Below, one piece after another: positions 26,862 to 36,086 of a stretch of 56,995 bases of DNA. A model generated the notes under the pieces. That model saw nothing but the letters and a program-made list of their open reading frames with translations. It was not told where the DNA came from and did not search any database. Source of the DNA: Longimicrobiales bacterium (GTDB lineage Bacteria > Gemmatimonadota > Gemmatimonadetes > Longimicrobiales > RSA9); NCBI GenBank assembly GCA_039912685.1, contig JBDSPG010000045.1, positions 1-56,995 on the forward strand, in the 5' to 3' direction. The position numbers were made by a program, and so were the translations under genes. Position 1 is the first letter of the stretch; every line of letters begins with the position of its first letter.

Positions 26862-28798
26862 ATGCCATGACACGCAGGGCGAGATTGATTCGCACGCTGA
26901 TTCTGCCGCTTTCGATCTCGACATTCGACTGTGCGTCGGGTCCCGTCATCCCAGGGCCGGTGCCGCCGCCGATGTCGCGCAACGCGCAGAATCCGCCGCA
27001 GCTTCCGGATACCACCGGCTGGGGCGTTCACGTGCTCGCGCTGGAACGTTCGCTGAGCGGAATGCTTTGGGCGGGCTCCTACGCGGAAGGACTTTTTTCA
27101 CTGGGCACGGACACTGTGCGCAGGTGGAAGCAGTTCATGCCGGTGCGCGGCGACAGCAACTCCATTGGCTCCAAGTTCATCAATAGCATCGCAACTGCGG
27201 GTGACAGCGTCGTATGGTACGGCTCAGTGGGCGATGGCTTCGGTTACACCACGAACCTGGGCCGTACGTGGCACAACTTCGGTGGACAGCTCGGTCGCGA
27301 GTGGGTGTATGTCGCGCCTGACGGCATTGTCGCGCGCGGGGACAGCGTATACATCGCGACTGCGGACGGCATCCGGATCTCATATGACGCGGGCAGCACG
27401 TGGCGCTGTGTCCAGGCTACGGATGCAACAATCGGCGGCACACCGCAGAAGCCGGCGGGTTGCAGCGAGATGCTGCACATCCTGCCGACGAAATACATCC
27501 TATCGCTCGATGTCGCGCGTGATGGTGCGATCTGGATCGGTCATCTGAAGGGTGTCAGCGTTTCGCGCGATGCAGGGCGCACATGGCAGAGCGCAACCGG
27601 CGATCTCGCAGGGAAGCGCGTACGTGCGATCAGAGTCGCGCTCGACAGCACGATATGGGCGGCAACGGAGGACGGTATTTTCCTCGATTCGACGGGTACC
27701 GCAGCGTTTGTTGCTGCAAAAATCACAGTGCCGGGAATGTCGTCGCGCGGGCTGGGCGGTGTTCGCTCATTCGAGCAGGGTGGGCCGGACATTCCGCCTG
27801 CGATCGCAACATCACAGGGTATGCTCGCGCGCGAGGTGGGTGAGCAGTACAGGCTGTACTATCTACCTGCTGGCGAGCTGTTCCGCCCGGCAGCAGACAT
27901 GTGGTCGCTCGCTTGGACAGGGGCGCCGTTCTGGCCGATCGGCGGGTCAGCGGCCGGTCTGAATCGCGTGCTCGCCGGGGAATCACCGACACGGCCGCTC
28001 GATCTCGTGCCAGCCGCAGATGCACCGGCCGCGCCACATCACATGTGGTTCCGCAGGCCGATCGATGACACAGAGGGCAGTCCGTACATCGATGCGACGT
28101 ATCGGTACGGCTCCACAATGGCGGGCAACCTGCAGCAACATCAGGGTGTCGAGTTCAACAATCCAGCGGGTACACCCGTGCATGCGATAGGCGACGGCGT
28201 CGTCGTGTTCGCGGGCAAGGCTGAGGCCGGCGCAAATACGGTTGCAATTCTGCACGACCGTCGCCTGAACGATCAGTATGTGTTTTCCGTATATTTCCAC
28301 AACACGTCGCTGCAGGTTTCAGCGGGCCAGCGGGTGCGCGCGGGCGACGTGATTTCCCGCGTCGGGAACACGGGGCGTGCAGGCAATGACCATCTGCATC
28401 TCGAAGTGCACGTCGCACCGAGCGCGGACTCCTCGAAAATCGTGAATGCAGCAGAACGGTTTCCGCCGTTCACGCGCAACCCGCAGCTGTGGATCGAGCC
28501 GATTCCGGGTACGGGCATTGTCGCAGGCCGCGTAGTCGATGCAGCGGGGATCCTCGTGCAGGGCGCGCGTGTGCACGGTCTCGTGCAGCCGTATCCTGAA
28601 GAGACGCCGTTCTCCTACGCAGAGACGTATCGCGATCGCGGTCGCAGTGATCCGTCATACAATGAAAACTTCGCAGTAGGCGACATTCCGCCAGGCGACT
28701 ATGTGATTGGTGTAGACATCGAAGGCAAGCGGGTGTGGCGTCGTGTTCGCGTCGAGGCAGGCAAGGTCACATTCGTAGAGTTCGCGCCCGCGAAGTGA
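26858..28798 (+). CDS. Multidomain M23-family peptidase (N-terminal beta-propeller-like repeats, M23 domain, C-terminal carboxypeptidase-regulatory-like domain)
   Basis: ATG 26858 (ATGA overlap with the queD stop). Repeated G..W/TW motifs (GRTWHNFG, AGSTWRCV, AGRTWQSA). M23 motifs HQGVEFNNPAGTPVHAIGDGVV and GNTGRAGNDHLHLEVH. GIVAGRVVDAAGILVQGARV near the C-terminus. Confidence 0.78.
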   Translation: MNAMTRRARLIRTLILPLSISTFDCASGPVIPGPVPPPMSRNAQNPPQLPDTTGWGVHVLALERSLSGMLWAGSYAEGLFSLGTDTVRRWKQFMPVRGDSNSIGSKFINSIATAGDSVVWYGSVGDGFGYTTNLGRTWHNFGGQLGREWVYVAPDGIVARGDSVYIATADGIRISYDAGSTWRCVQATDATIGGTPQKPAGCSEMLHILPTKYILSLDVARDGAIWIGHLKGVSVSRDAGRTWQSATGDLAGKRVRAIRVALDSTIWAATEDGIFLDSTGTAAFVAAKITVPGMSSRGLGGVRSFEQGGPDIPPAIATSQGMLAREVGEQYRLYYLPAGELFRPAADMWSLAWTGAPFWPIGGSAAGLNRVLAGESPTRPLDLVPAADAPAAPHHMWFRRPIDDTEGSPYIDATYRYGSTMAGNLQQHQGVEFNNPAGTPVHAIGDGVVVFAGKAEAGANTVAILHDRRLNDQYVFSVYFHNTSLQVSAGQRVRAGDVISRVGNTGRAGNDHLHLEVHVAPSADSSKIVNAAERFPPFTRNPQLWIEPIPGTGIVAGRVVDAAGILVQGARVHGLVQPYPEETPFSYAETYRDRGRSDPSYNENFAVGDIPPGDYVIGVDIEGKRVWRRVRVEAGKVTFVEFAPAK

Positions 28799-28799
28799 C

Positions 28800-29426
28800 A
28801 TGCACATTCTGCTGACGGATGTCCTCGTCTGTCCACGCTGCGGACCTGCTTTCGGTCTGATCCTGCTTGCGGACCGGATCGAGGAACGTCGCGTGTTGGA
28901 GGGCCGTCTCGGATGTCCCAACTGCAGGGAGCAGTACCCGATCACAGGCGGCACCGTCGACCTGTCGGCAGGTGCACTCATGCCGTCGCATGAAAAAGCA
29001 AACGGAGCAGCTGCTGACGATGGTGTGCGCATCGCGGCGCTCCTGGGCGTAACGCAGGGGCCGGCGTACGTGCTCCTGATCGGTGACGCGGCGCGGCATG
29101 CAGCGGGCGTGCGGAACGCGCTCGCGGATGTCGAAGTGATCGCCCTCTCACCTGCGGCGATATCGGACGGCGACTCGAACGGCGACTCGCATGGCCTAAG
29201 CCGGGTGATCGCTGCGCGGGTGCCGGTCACAACCGGTAAAATGTCCGGTGTCGCGCTCATCGGTGCGCGGTCGGGCGAACTGCTCGAGGAGGCGGCGCGG
29301 GCGGTGCGGCCCACGGGCCGTCTGCTGGTCGACCCGGCACCGGCGGACGCTGCCACCCGCCTGGCCCCCCTCGGCCTGCGAATCCTGGCCCAGGAGGGCC
29401 CAGTTCTCCTCGCCATCCGCGGCTGA
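28800..29426 (+). CDS. Trm112-like zinc-ribbon protein with a degenerate methyltransferase-like C-terminal region
   Basis: LVCPRCGP...LGCPNCREQYPITGGTVDL is the Trm112/UPF0434 pattern. The C-terminal part (VLLIGDAA...) lacks a clear SAM motif I. Confidence 0.6.
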   Translation: MHILLTDVLVCPRCGPAFGLILLADRIEERRVLEGRLGCPNCREQYPITGGTVDLSAGALMPSHEKANGAAADDGVRIAALLGVTQGPAYVLLIGDAARHAAGVRNALADVEVIALSPAAISDGDSNGDSHGLSRVIAARVPVTTGKMSGVALIGARSGELLEEAARAVRPTGRLLVDPAPADAATRLAPLGLRILAQEGPVLLAIRG

Positions 29427-29537
29427 CGGCTCCCTCTGAAGGCCGGTCCTGAGAATCGGCCTGCCCGTCTGATTGCGCCTCTCGCGCGCCGGAATCTATC
29501 TTGGTCTGCGCACCTTTTCCCCCCGAGATGACTTGCC

Positions 29538-29963
29538 ATGGGCATCTGGAAAAAACTGTTCAAGGACGACGCTACGGGGCCTGACTACTACCGTGAAGGC
29601 CTCGAGCTGCTGCGTTCCGGCAAGTATCACGAGGCGCTCACGTCCTTCCGCCTCGCGCTGCGTGACACGCCGCGTGACGTGGCAGTTCTGCAGCAGATCG
29701 CGATTGCATATACGCGCATCGGGATGACGGAAGAGGCGGCCAAAACGTACCGGACCGTGCTGGCGACGGATCCCGATGCGTCCGGCGCGCATTACGGTCT
29801 TGCGTTCCTGCTGCTGCGGACCGGAAAGCGCAGTGATGCGGAAGCGCATCTCCGTTCGTTCCTGGCGCTTGCGCCGGACGGGCAGGATGCACAGAAACAC
29901 GTTGCTCATGCGCGTGAAACATTGACAGAGCTTCAGAACGAAGCTGCGGGGAGCGAAGGCTGA
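29538..29963 (+). CDS. TPR-repeat protein
   Basis: 141 aa with three TPR-like helical hairpins (YYREGLELLRSGKYHEALTSFRLAL..., IAIAYTRIGMTEEAAKTYRTVL..., YGLAFLLLRTGKRSDAEAHLRSFL). Confidence 0.7.
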   Translation: MGIWKKLFKDDATGPDYYREGLELLRSGKYHEALTSFRLALRDTPRDVAVLQQIAIAYTRIGMTEEAAKTYRTVLATDPDASGAHYGLAFLLLRTGKRSDAEAHLRSFLALAPDGQDAQKHVAHARETLTELQNEAAGSEG

Positions 29964-30373
29964 TGGCGGACGTATCTGCAAACATTTCGTGGACGGGCGA
30001 ATCACTCACATTCGAGGGCGGCGGCGCAAATGGACCGCGCATCCGCATTGATGGCAGCGGTGCAACAGGACCGTCGCCTTTGATAACACTGCTGCTTTCG
30101 TTTGGCGGCTGCATGGCCGCGGATATCGTGGATATCTCGACGAAGGGTCGTACGCAGTTCTCCGCTCTCGAGGTTGCCATCGAAGGCGATCGTGCGACGG
30201 AAGTGCCGCGGCGGTATACACGCATCGCGATGCGCTTCACGGTTGCGGGTGCGAACGCGGAAGATGAACCAAAGTTCCAGCGTGCGCTCGACCTGTCGCG
30301 TGAAAAGTATTGCAGCGTGCTGCACTCGCTGCGCGAGGACATTGCGCTCGAGTTCAATCTCGAGCTGATCTGA
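29963..30373 (+). CDS. OsmC/Ohr-family peroxiredoxin-like protein
   Basis: 136 aa. Two conserved Cys contexts, SFGGCMAADIV and REKYCSVLHSL. Confidence 0.8.
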   Translation: MADVSANISWTGESLTFEGGGANGPRIRIDGSGATGPSPLITLLLSFGGCMAADIVDISTKGRTQFSALEVAIEGDRATEVPRRYTRIAMRFTVAGANAEDEPKFQRALDLSREKYCSVLHSLREDIALEFNLELI

Positions 30374-30378
30374 CAAAC

Positions 30379-32250
30379 ATGCCTGTCGCAGCGACTACGA
30401 TTGCGTCGGCTTCGGCCGGGTCCGCACCGAATTATGCCGCCACACCGGCCGACCTGCCGGAAGGCACGCTGGTGCAGCTGTTCCTCGATGCCATTGACGA
30501 GTACGGCGCGTCGCCAGCGCAGATGCATGATGACAACGGTACGTGGCGCTCGATCACGCATGACGATATGTACCAGCGGGTGCGGCAGATTACAGCCGCG
30601 CTCACACAGCTCGGTGTCACGAGAGACGATAATGTCGGACTGCTCTCGGAGAACCGACCCGAGTGGGCGCAGATCGATTACGCGGTAATGTGCGCGGGTG
30701 CGCACACCGTGCCGCTGTACCCGACACTGCCCGCGAACCAGCTGGGCTTCATTGTGCAGCACGCGGGCACGAACATTGTCTTCGCATCGACAGCGGAGCA
30801 GCTCGCGAAGCTGATGGAAGTTCGAAACACTGTGCCATCACTGACGCACATTATTGTATGCGACGACGTGCCTGCAGGGCCGGGTGCGCAGACACTTCGT
30901 CAGCTGCTCGAGAGTGTTGCTTCGGTCCCGTCTGATGCGGCGTTTCGTGAAGAAGCGCGACGCGCGCAGCCGTCGGATGTCGCAACCATCATCTATACTT
31001 CCGGCACGACGGGTGTGCCGAAAGGCGTGATGCTCACACACAACAATCTGTACTCCAACGCGCAGGCCGGATTGAGGACCGCTGTCGATGTCGGGACGAC
31101 GGATATCGCACTCAGCTTCCTGCCACTGTCGCATGTGTTCCAGCGCACGGTCGACTACGCGATGTTCCGTGGTGGTGCAACGCTCGCGTATGTCGCGGCG
31201 ATGGACCGAGTGTTGCCGGCCATGGCCGCAGTGAAGCCGACCGTGGCAGTCGCAGTGCCGCGGGTGTACGAGAAGATCTACACCGCGGTCCTGAGTGGTA
31301 CGGGGCCGAAGCAGAAGCTGGTGTTGTGGGCGAGGCGCGTTGCAATGGCGTGGGCGGAAGCGCGACTGACGGCGACGTCGCCATCGTCGTGGTTGAAGGC
31401 ACAGCACGCCGTTGCAGATCGCCTGGTGTTCTCGAAACTGCGCAGCAAGCTTGGCGGTCGCATCCGTTTCTTCGTTTCCGGCGGTGCGCCGCTAGCACCG
31501 GATATTGCGCGCTTCTTCTACGGTGCGGGCGTGACGATCCTCGAGGGGTATGGTCTGACGGAGACGTCCCCGGTGACGAATGTGAACACACCACAGTCGC
31601 TGCGCATCGGTACCGTCGGCCGGCCGGTGCCTGGCACGGAGCTGCGCCTGGCCGAGGATGGTGAGGTGCTCGTGCGCGGGCCCCAGGTCATGAAGGGGTA
31701 CTACAAGAATGAGCAGGGTACGCGGGATGCCATTGATCCGGAAGGGTGGTTTCACACCGGTGACATCGGATCGCTCGATGCGGATGGATTCCTGCGTATT
31801 ACCGATCGCAAGAAGGACCTGCTGGTTACTGCCGGCGGTAAGAACATTGCACCGCAGCCGATCCAGAATGCGGCGAAGGGGAGCCGCTTCATCAGTGAGG
31901 CTCTGCTGATCGGAGACCGCAAGCCGTACGCGCTGCTCATGGCCGTGCCGAACTTCGAGAACCTGAAGATCTGGGCGAAGACGGCCGGGCTCGATTCCGG
32001 TGACATGGACAAGCTGGTAAAGGAACCCGCGGTGCGCGCGAAGTACGAGGAAGAGGTAGCGGCGAGGACCGCATCGTTCGCGCGCTATGAGCAGCCGAAG
32101 AAAGTGCTGGTACTGCCGCGCGAATTCAGCATTGATGCCGGTGAGATTACGCCGAAGCTGAGCATCAGGCGCAAAGTGGTGGAAGATCATTATCGCGAGC
32201 AGATCGAAGAACTGTACGCGGAGCCGGCGCACCCGGACCACCATGACTGA
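30379..32250 (+). CDS. Long-chain fatty-acid-CoA ligase (AMP-dependent synthetase)
   Basis: ATG 30379. AMP-binding IIYTSGTTGVPKGVMLTH, YGLTETS, GWFHTGDIG, GGKNIAP. Confidence 0.9.
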   Translation: MPVAATTIASASAGSAPNYAATPADLPEGTLVQLFLDAIDEYGASPAQMHDDNGTWRSITHDDMYQRVRQITAALTQLGVTRDDNVGLLSENRPEWAQIDYAVMCAGAHTVPLYPTLPANQLGFIVQHAGTNIVFASTAEQLAKLMEVRNTVPSLTHIIVCDDVPAGPGAQTLRQLLESVASVPSDAAFREEARRAQPSDVATIIYTSGTTGVPKGVMLTHNNLYSNAQAGLRTAVDVGTTDIALSFLPLSHVFQRTVDYAMFRGGATLAYVAAMDRVLPAMAAVKPTVAVAVPRVYEKIYTAVLSGTGPKQKLVLWARRVAMAWAEARLTATSPSSWLKAQHAVADRLVFSKLRSKLGGRIRFFVSGGAPLAPDIARFFYGAGVTILEGYGLTETSPVTNVNTPQSLRIGTVGRPVPGTELRLAEDGEVLVRGPQVMKGYYKNEQGTRDAIDPEGWFHTGDIGSLDADGFLRITDRKKDLLVTAGGKNIAPQPIQNAAKGSRFISEALLIGDRKPYALLMAVPNFENLKIWAKTAGLDSGDMDKLVKEPAVRAKYEEEVAARTASFARYEQPKKVLVLPREFSIDAGEITPKLSIRRKVVEDHYREQIEELYAEPAHPDHHD

Positions 32251-32318
32251 CGTTGGTGTGGTGATGTCAATTGGATTCATGAGAGCACACAGGAAGTTGA
32301 CGAGGAATAGAATCGGGT

Positions 32319-33221
32319 ATGCGTAGTCGAAAGAAAAACCGTCAGACCGCGACCTCGGGCGCGGGCCCTCGCGAACAGTCGGATGAAGGCGTTTCGGAGC
32401 GCGCGCAGCAGGCTGACGCGTTTGCCGAGCCGGACGTCACTGCGGGCGTTGGTGCACCTGAAATCGATCCTGTGGTCGAGGCCGCGGTTGAGCGTGTGGA
32501 TGACGTGGGTGCGCCGGGTGCGTCGGATGCGTCGGATGCGTCGGCGGTATCGACCGCTGAAGTGGCTGCTGTTGATGAAGTGGCAGAGGTCGATGCAGAG
32601 CCGATCGCGGAGGTCCCAACGGGCCCAACGCAGGCTGACATCGAAGCAGCGCTCGATCCCAAGGACCTGCTAGTCTACCTGCGTCAGCGTGTCCTCGACC
32701 TGCCGAGCGATGTCGGTGCGCGCACGCGCCTTGGCGAGCTGCATGAAAGGCGGCTGGAGCCGTTGCTCGCGCTCGAGCAGTTCCAGGCGGCGGCGGCAGT
32801 CGATCCGGATAATGCGCAGGCGACGCTTCGATTTGCGCAGGCGCTCACGAACCTGAACCGATTCGCGGAAGCCGAGCGAGAGCTGCGTCGTGTGTTGAAG
32901 CTCGAGCCTGACAACGGGCCACTGCATCTGCAGCTGGGCACGATCAGTTTCCGTCGCGGCCTTTACTCGCAGGCGGAGATCGAGCTGAAGCGTGCGCTGG
33001 AGCTGTTGCCGGACGCGGCGAGCGCATACTTCCATCGCGGCGAGTCGCTCAACCAGCTGAGCCGCATCGATGAGGCGCTCGAGATGCTGGAGCGCGGCAT
33101 CGCGCTGGATCCGAACTATTCGCGCGCGTACTACATCATGGGCATACTGTACGACCGAAAGAGCCGTCCGCAGGAAGCCGGCGCGATGTACAAGAAAGCC
33201 CGCGAGCTGACACGCACGTGA
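32319..33221 (+). CDS. TPR-repeat protein with acidic low-complexity N-terminus
   Basis: 300 aa. Acidic Ala/Asp/Val-rich first ~110 aa, then TPR repeats (LGTISFRRGLYSQAEIELKRAL, YFHRGESLNQLSRIDEALEMLERGI, YYIMGILYDRKSRPQEAGAMYKKA). Confidence 0.7.
   Translation: MRSRKKNRQTATSGAGPREQSDEGVSERAQQADAFAEPDVTAGVGAPEIDPVVEAAVERVDDVGAPGASDASDASAVSTAEVAAVDEVAEVDAEPIAEVPTGPTQADIEAALDPKDLLVYLRQRVLDLPSDVGARTRLGELHERRLEPLLALEQFQAAAAVDPDNAQATLRFAQALTNLNRFAEAERELRRVLKLEPDNGPLHLQLGTISFRRGLYSQAEIELKRALELLPDAASAYFHRGESLNQLSRIDEALEMLERGIALDPNYSRAYYIMGILYDRKSRPQEAGAMYKKARELTRT
32520..32546 (+). repeat. 9-nt tandem repeat, about 3 copies
   Basis: GCGTCGGAT GCGTCGGAT GCGTCGGCG, encoding ...SDASDASA... within the acidic N-terminus of the TPR protein. 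Confidence 0.85.
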
Positions 33222-33757
33222 TCTCCATCCGGCTCGCGGATCTTGCGGAGGTCCGCGCGGCCGGAATCGTGCGACCCGTGTCCGCTGAGTGGCAGGCTGT
33301 CACACCAGCCATGCGCCGTCTCGAGATGGCGGCCGGCGCAGCGCTCGGTGAACACTGCAGCCGCCTCGGCGAGCTGCCCGTCGGGTCCGCAGCCATCACG
33401 ACCGCAGGCAATCTCCCCGTACAATTCATGGTGCACGCAGTGGTACGCTCGAACCAGGAGCAGGTATCGGCTGCATCGGTGCAGCGCGCACTGCAGAACG
33501 CATTGCGACGTGCTGCGGAGTGGGGACTCGACACGATCGCGATTGCACCATTCGGTACGGGTGCCGGAAATCTCGATGCGGAGGAGTCCGCCCGCATCAT
33601 GCTCGAGGTGCTGCACGAACATATGCTGGACTCACGTTATCCAGAGAGCGCGGAAATCATCGTGGACTCCGAGTACGAGCGTGAGGTGTTCGAGCGCCAG
33701 CTCGCCGGTCAGTCCCTGCCGCACCTGTACGATCCCCGCGCCGAGGAGCAGCAGTGA
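33218..33757 (+). CDS. Macro-domain-like protein (divergent)
   Basis: GTG start overlapping the upstream stop (GTGA). AGIVRPV..., VGSAAITTAGNLPVQFMVHAV, LDTIAIAPFGTGAGNL resemble macro-domain strands, but the NAAN/GGG phosphate-binding motifs are not obvious. Confidence 0.55.
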   Translation: MISIRLADLAEVRAAGIVRPVSAEWQAVTPAMRRLEMAAGAALGEHCSRLGELPVGSAAITTAGNLPVQFMVHAVVRSNQEQVSAASVQRALQNALRRAAEWGLDTIAIAPFGTGAGNLDAEESARIMLEVLHEHMLDSRYPESAEIIVDSEYEREVFERQLAGQSLPHLYDPRAEEQQ

Positions 33758-35277
33758 GACTGCGTACGATCATCGGTCCTGCAGTGGTGATCGCGTGGGT
33801 CGGCGTGCTCGGTCTGCATGTGCGACGCGAATACTTCAAGTCATCAACGACGCTGCTTGCAGAGGGCGCGCGATCCCTCGCCCCCGGTCGGTTCTGGTAT
33901 GCGGTGAAGATGAATGACGTGACCATCGGCATGGGTTCGTCCCGTCTCGACACCGTCGCCGGCGGGTTCAACTTCCAGGACGAAATGACACTCGACGTAC
34001 CCGCGCTCGGCACAACACATCGGTCCCGCGCGGTGACCGACCTCACACTTTCCTCCGACCTGTCATTGAAGTCGTTCCGGTTCGACCTTCTCTCGGAGAT
34101 CGGCAATTTCTCGGTGAGCGGATTGGCGGCGGCAGACAGCTCGATTGCGCTCGTAATGGATGCGGGTGGTGAGAAGCAACGCACGAGCATCAAGGCGGAC
34201 CGCGGGCTGTTGCTCGATGCCGCGATCCCGCTGCGGCTCGCAGCAGCGAACGCATATGAGGTGGGCAAAGAGTTCACCGTCCGCGTGTTCGATCCGTCCG
34301 CAATGGCCGCGCGTGATGTGACGATGAAAGTGACGTCACGCGATACGATCATCGTGCCGGACAGCGCTGTGAAGAATGCACAGGGCAAGTGGGTGCCGAG
34401 CCGGTACGACAGCATCCCCGCGTGGAAGCTGGAGCAGCGGTTCGGCGGTGTCATTGTCACGACATGGGTCGACGATGACGGACAGATCGTGCGTGCGACG
34501 AGCCCGCTCGGTTTCACGATCGAGCGAACATACTACGAGCTGGTACGACAGGACTGGAATGCGGGCCGCAAGACTGAGTTGGCTGCCGGATACGGTGCGC
34601 TCATTCAGGGCACAGCGATTTCCAGCAACATCGATGTCGCGGCGCTCGAGGATCAGACCCAGCTTCGCGTGCGCCTGGGCGGTGTCGACCTGCAGGGCTT
34701 CGACCTGGAGGGCGGACGACAGCGGCTGCACGGCGATACACTCGTAATTACGCGCGAGGCGGCAGTGCCACGCGCGCCGTATCAGCTGCCGTACCGCGGG
34801 AAAGACTCGATCGCCATCGAACTGGAGGCGACACCTCTCATCCAGGTCAATGATCCGGAGATCGTTGCAGCCGCGCGTCGGATTGTCGGGAATAACACCG
34901 ACCCCGTGGAGGCATCGCGCCGTTTGACGACGTGGGTGTATGACAAGCTGGAGAAGGATGTCACACTGAGCGTTCCGAGTGCGCGCCAGGTGCTCGACGC
35001 GAAGAAGGGCGACTGCAACGAACACACGGTTCTGTACGTCGCCCTCGCGCGTGCAGTTGGCCTGCCTGCGAGAACTGCGGTTGGTCTCGTGTATCTCCGC
35101 GGCCATTTCTACTACCACGCGTGGCCGGAAGTGTGGCTCGGTGAGTGGGTCGCGGTCGATCCGACGCTCGGACAGTATCCCGCTGACGCGAGTCATCTGC
35201 GTTTCATCCTCGGCGGCCTCGCCCGGCAGGTCGAGCTCATCAGACTTATCGGCCGGCTCCAGCTCGAGGTCATATGA
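33754..35277 (+). CDS. Transglutaminase-like cysteine-protease-fold protein, N-terminally membrane anchored
   Basis: GTGA overlap with the upstream stop. TM IIGPAVVIAWVGVLGL. Cys-His-Asp core KKGDCNEHTVLYVALARAVGLPAR...YHAWPEVW...VAVDPT. Confidence 0.8.
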   Translation: MRLRTIIGPAVVIAWVGVLGLHVRREYFKSSTTLLAEGARSLAPGRFWYAVKMNDVTIGMGSSRLDTVAGGFNFQDEMTLDVPALGTTHRSRAVTDLTLSSDLSLKSFRFDLLSEIGNFSVSGLAAADSSIALVMDAGGEKQRTSIKADRGLLLDAAIPLRLAAANAYEVGKEFTVRVFDPSAMAARDVTMKVTSRDTIIVPDSAVKNAQGKWVPSRYDSIPAWKLEQRFGGVIVTTWVDDDGQIVRATSPLGFTIERTYYELVRQDWNAGRKTELAAGYGALIQGTAISSNIDVAALEDQTQLRVRLGGVDLQGFDLEGGRQRLHGDTLVITREAAVPRAPYQLPYRGKDSIAIELEATPLIQVNDPEIVAAARRIVGNNTDPVEASRRLTTWVYDKLEKDVTLSVPSARQVLDAKKGDCNEHTVLYVALARAVGLPARTAVGLVYLRGHFYYHAWPEVWLGEWVAVDPTLGQYPADASHLRFILGGLARQVELIRLIGRLQLEVI

Positions 35278-36086
35278 TCCGTCTCGAAGGTGTCACAAAA
35301 CGTTACGGCAAGTTCGTCGCAGTAAAGCCGCTCGATCTGCACGTAAAGGCGGGCGAGCTGTTCGGCTTCCTCGGACCGAACGGCGCGGGAAAGACCACGA
35401 CGATCCGCATGGTTGTCGGTGTGCTTCGTCCGACGGCGGGCTCGATCCACATAGCGGGTCAGGACATGCTGCGCGATTCGGTCGCCGCGAAACGACACAT
35501 CGGATACATCCCCGATCGTCCGTCCTTGTATGAGAAGCTCACGGGCAGCGAGTTCCTCCGCTTCGTCAGCGGGTTGTGGGGCCGCGAGGGTGAGGAGGCT
35601 GAAGCGCGCGGCGAAGAGCTGATGCGACTGTTCGACCTGCATGCATGGAAGGACACGCTGATCGAGAGCTACAGCCACGGCATGCGGCAGAAGCTGCTGA
35701 TCAGCTCGGCACTCGTGCACTCGCCCGACGTCATCATCGTGGATGAACCAATGGTCGGACTCGATCCGCGCGGTGCACGACTCATCAAGGACCTGCTGCG
35801 CACGTTCGTTGCGCAGGGCGGCACCGTATTCCTCTCGACGCATACGCTCGAAGTGGCGGAAACGCTGTGTGACCGTATTGCGATCCTCAACCAGGGACAG
35901 ATCCGCGCAATGGGTACCATGGCGGATCTACGCAAAGAGGCCGAGTCGGGCGGAGGCGGCCTCGAGGAGATCTTCCTCAAGCTGACGGGCGGCGAAGATG
36001 TGCAGGAGCTGGTCGCCGCGCTGCGCGGTTCATCCGCCGGCGCTGCGATCGCAGCGGCGTCCGGAAACGACGGAGCCGCGTCTTGA
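35274..36086 (+). CDS. ABC transporter ATP-binding protein
   Basis: Walker A GPNGAGKTT, signature-like YSHGMRQKL, Walker B IIVDEPMVGLD, H-loop LSTH. ATGA overlap upstream. Confidence 0.9.
   Translation: MIRLEGVTKRYGKFVAVKPLDLHVKAGELFGFLGPNGAGKTTTIRMVVGVLRPTAGSIHIAGQDMLRDSVAAKRHIGYIPDRPSLYEKLTGSEFLRFVSGLWGREGEEAEARGEELMRLFDLHAWKDTLIESYSHGMRQKLLISSALVHSPDVIIVDEPMVGLDPRGARLIKDLLRTFVAQGGTVFLSTHTLEVAETLCDRIAILNQGQIRAMGTMADLRKEAESGGGGLEEIFLKLTGGEDVQELVAALRGSSAGAAIAAASGNDGAAS

Noticed and set aside
29638-30762. 374-aa minus-strand ORF
   Set aside because: It is antisense to the TPR, OsmC and acyl-CoA ligase genes and has Arg/Ser-rich low-complexity composition.
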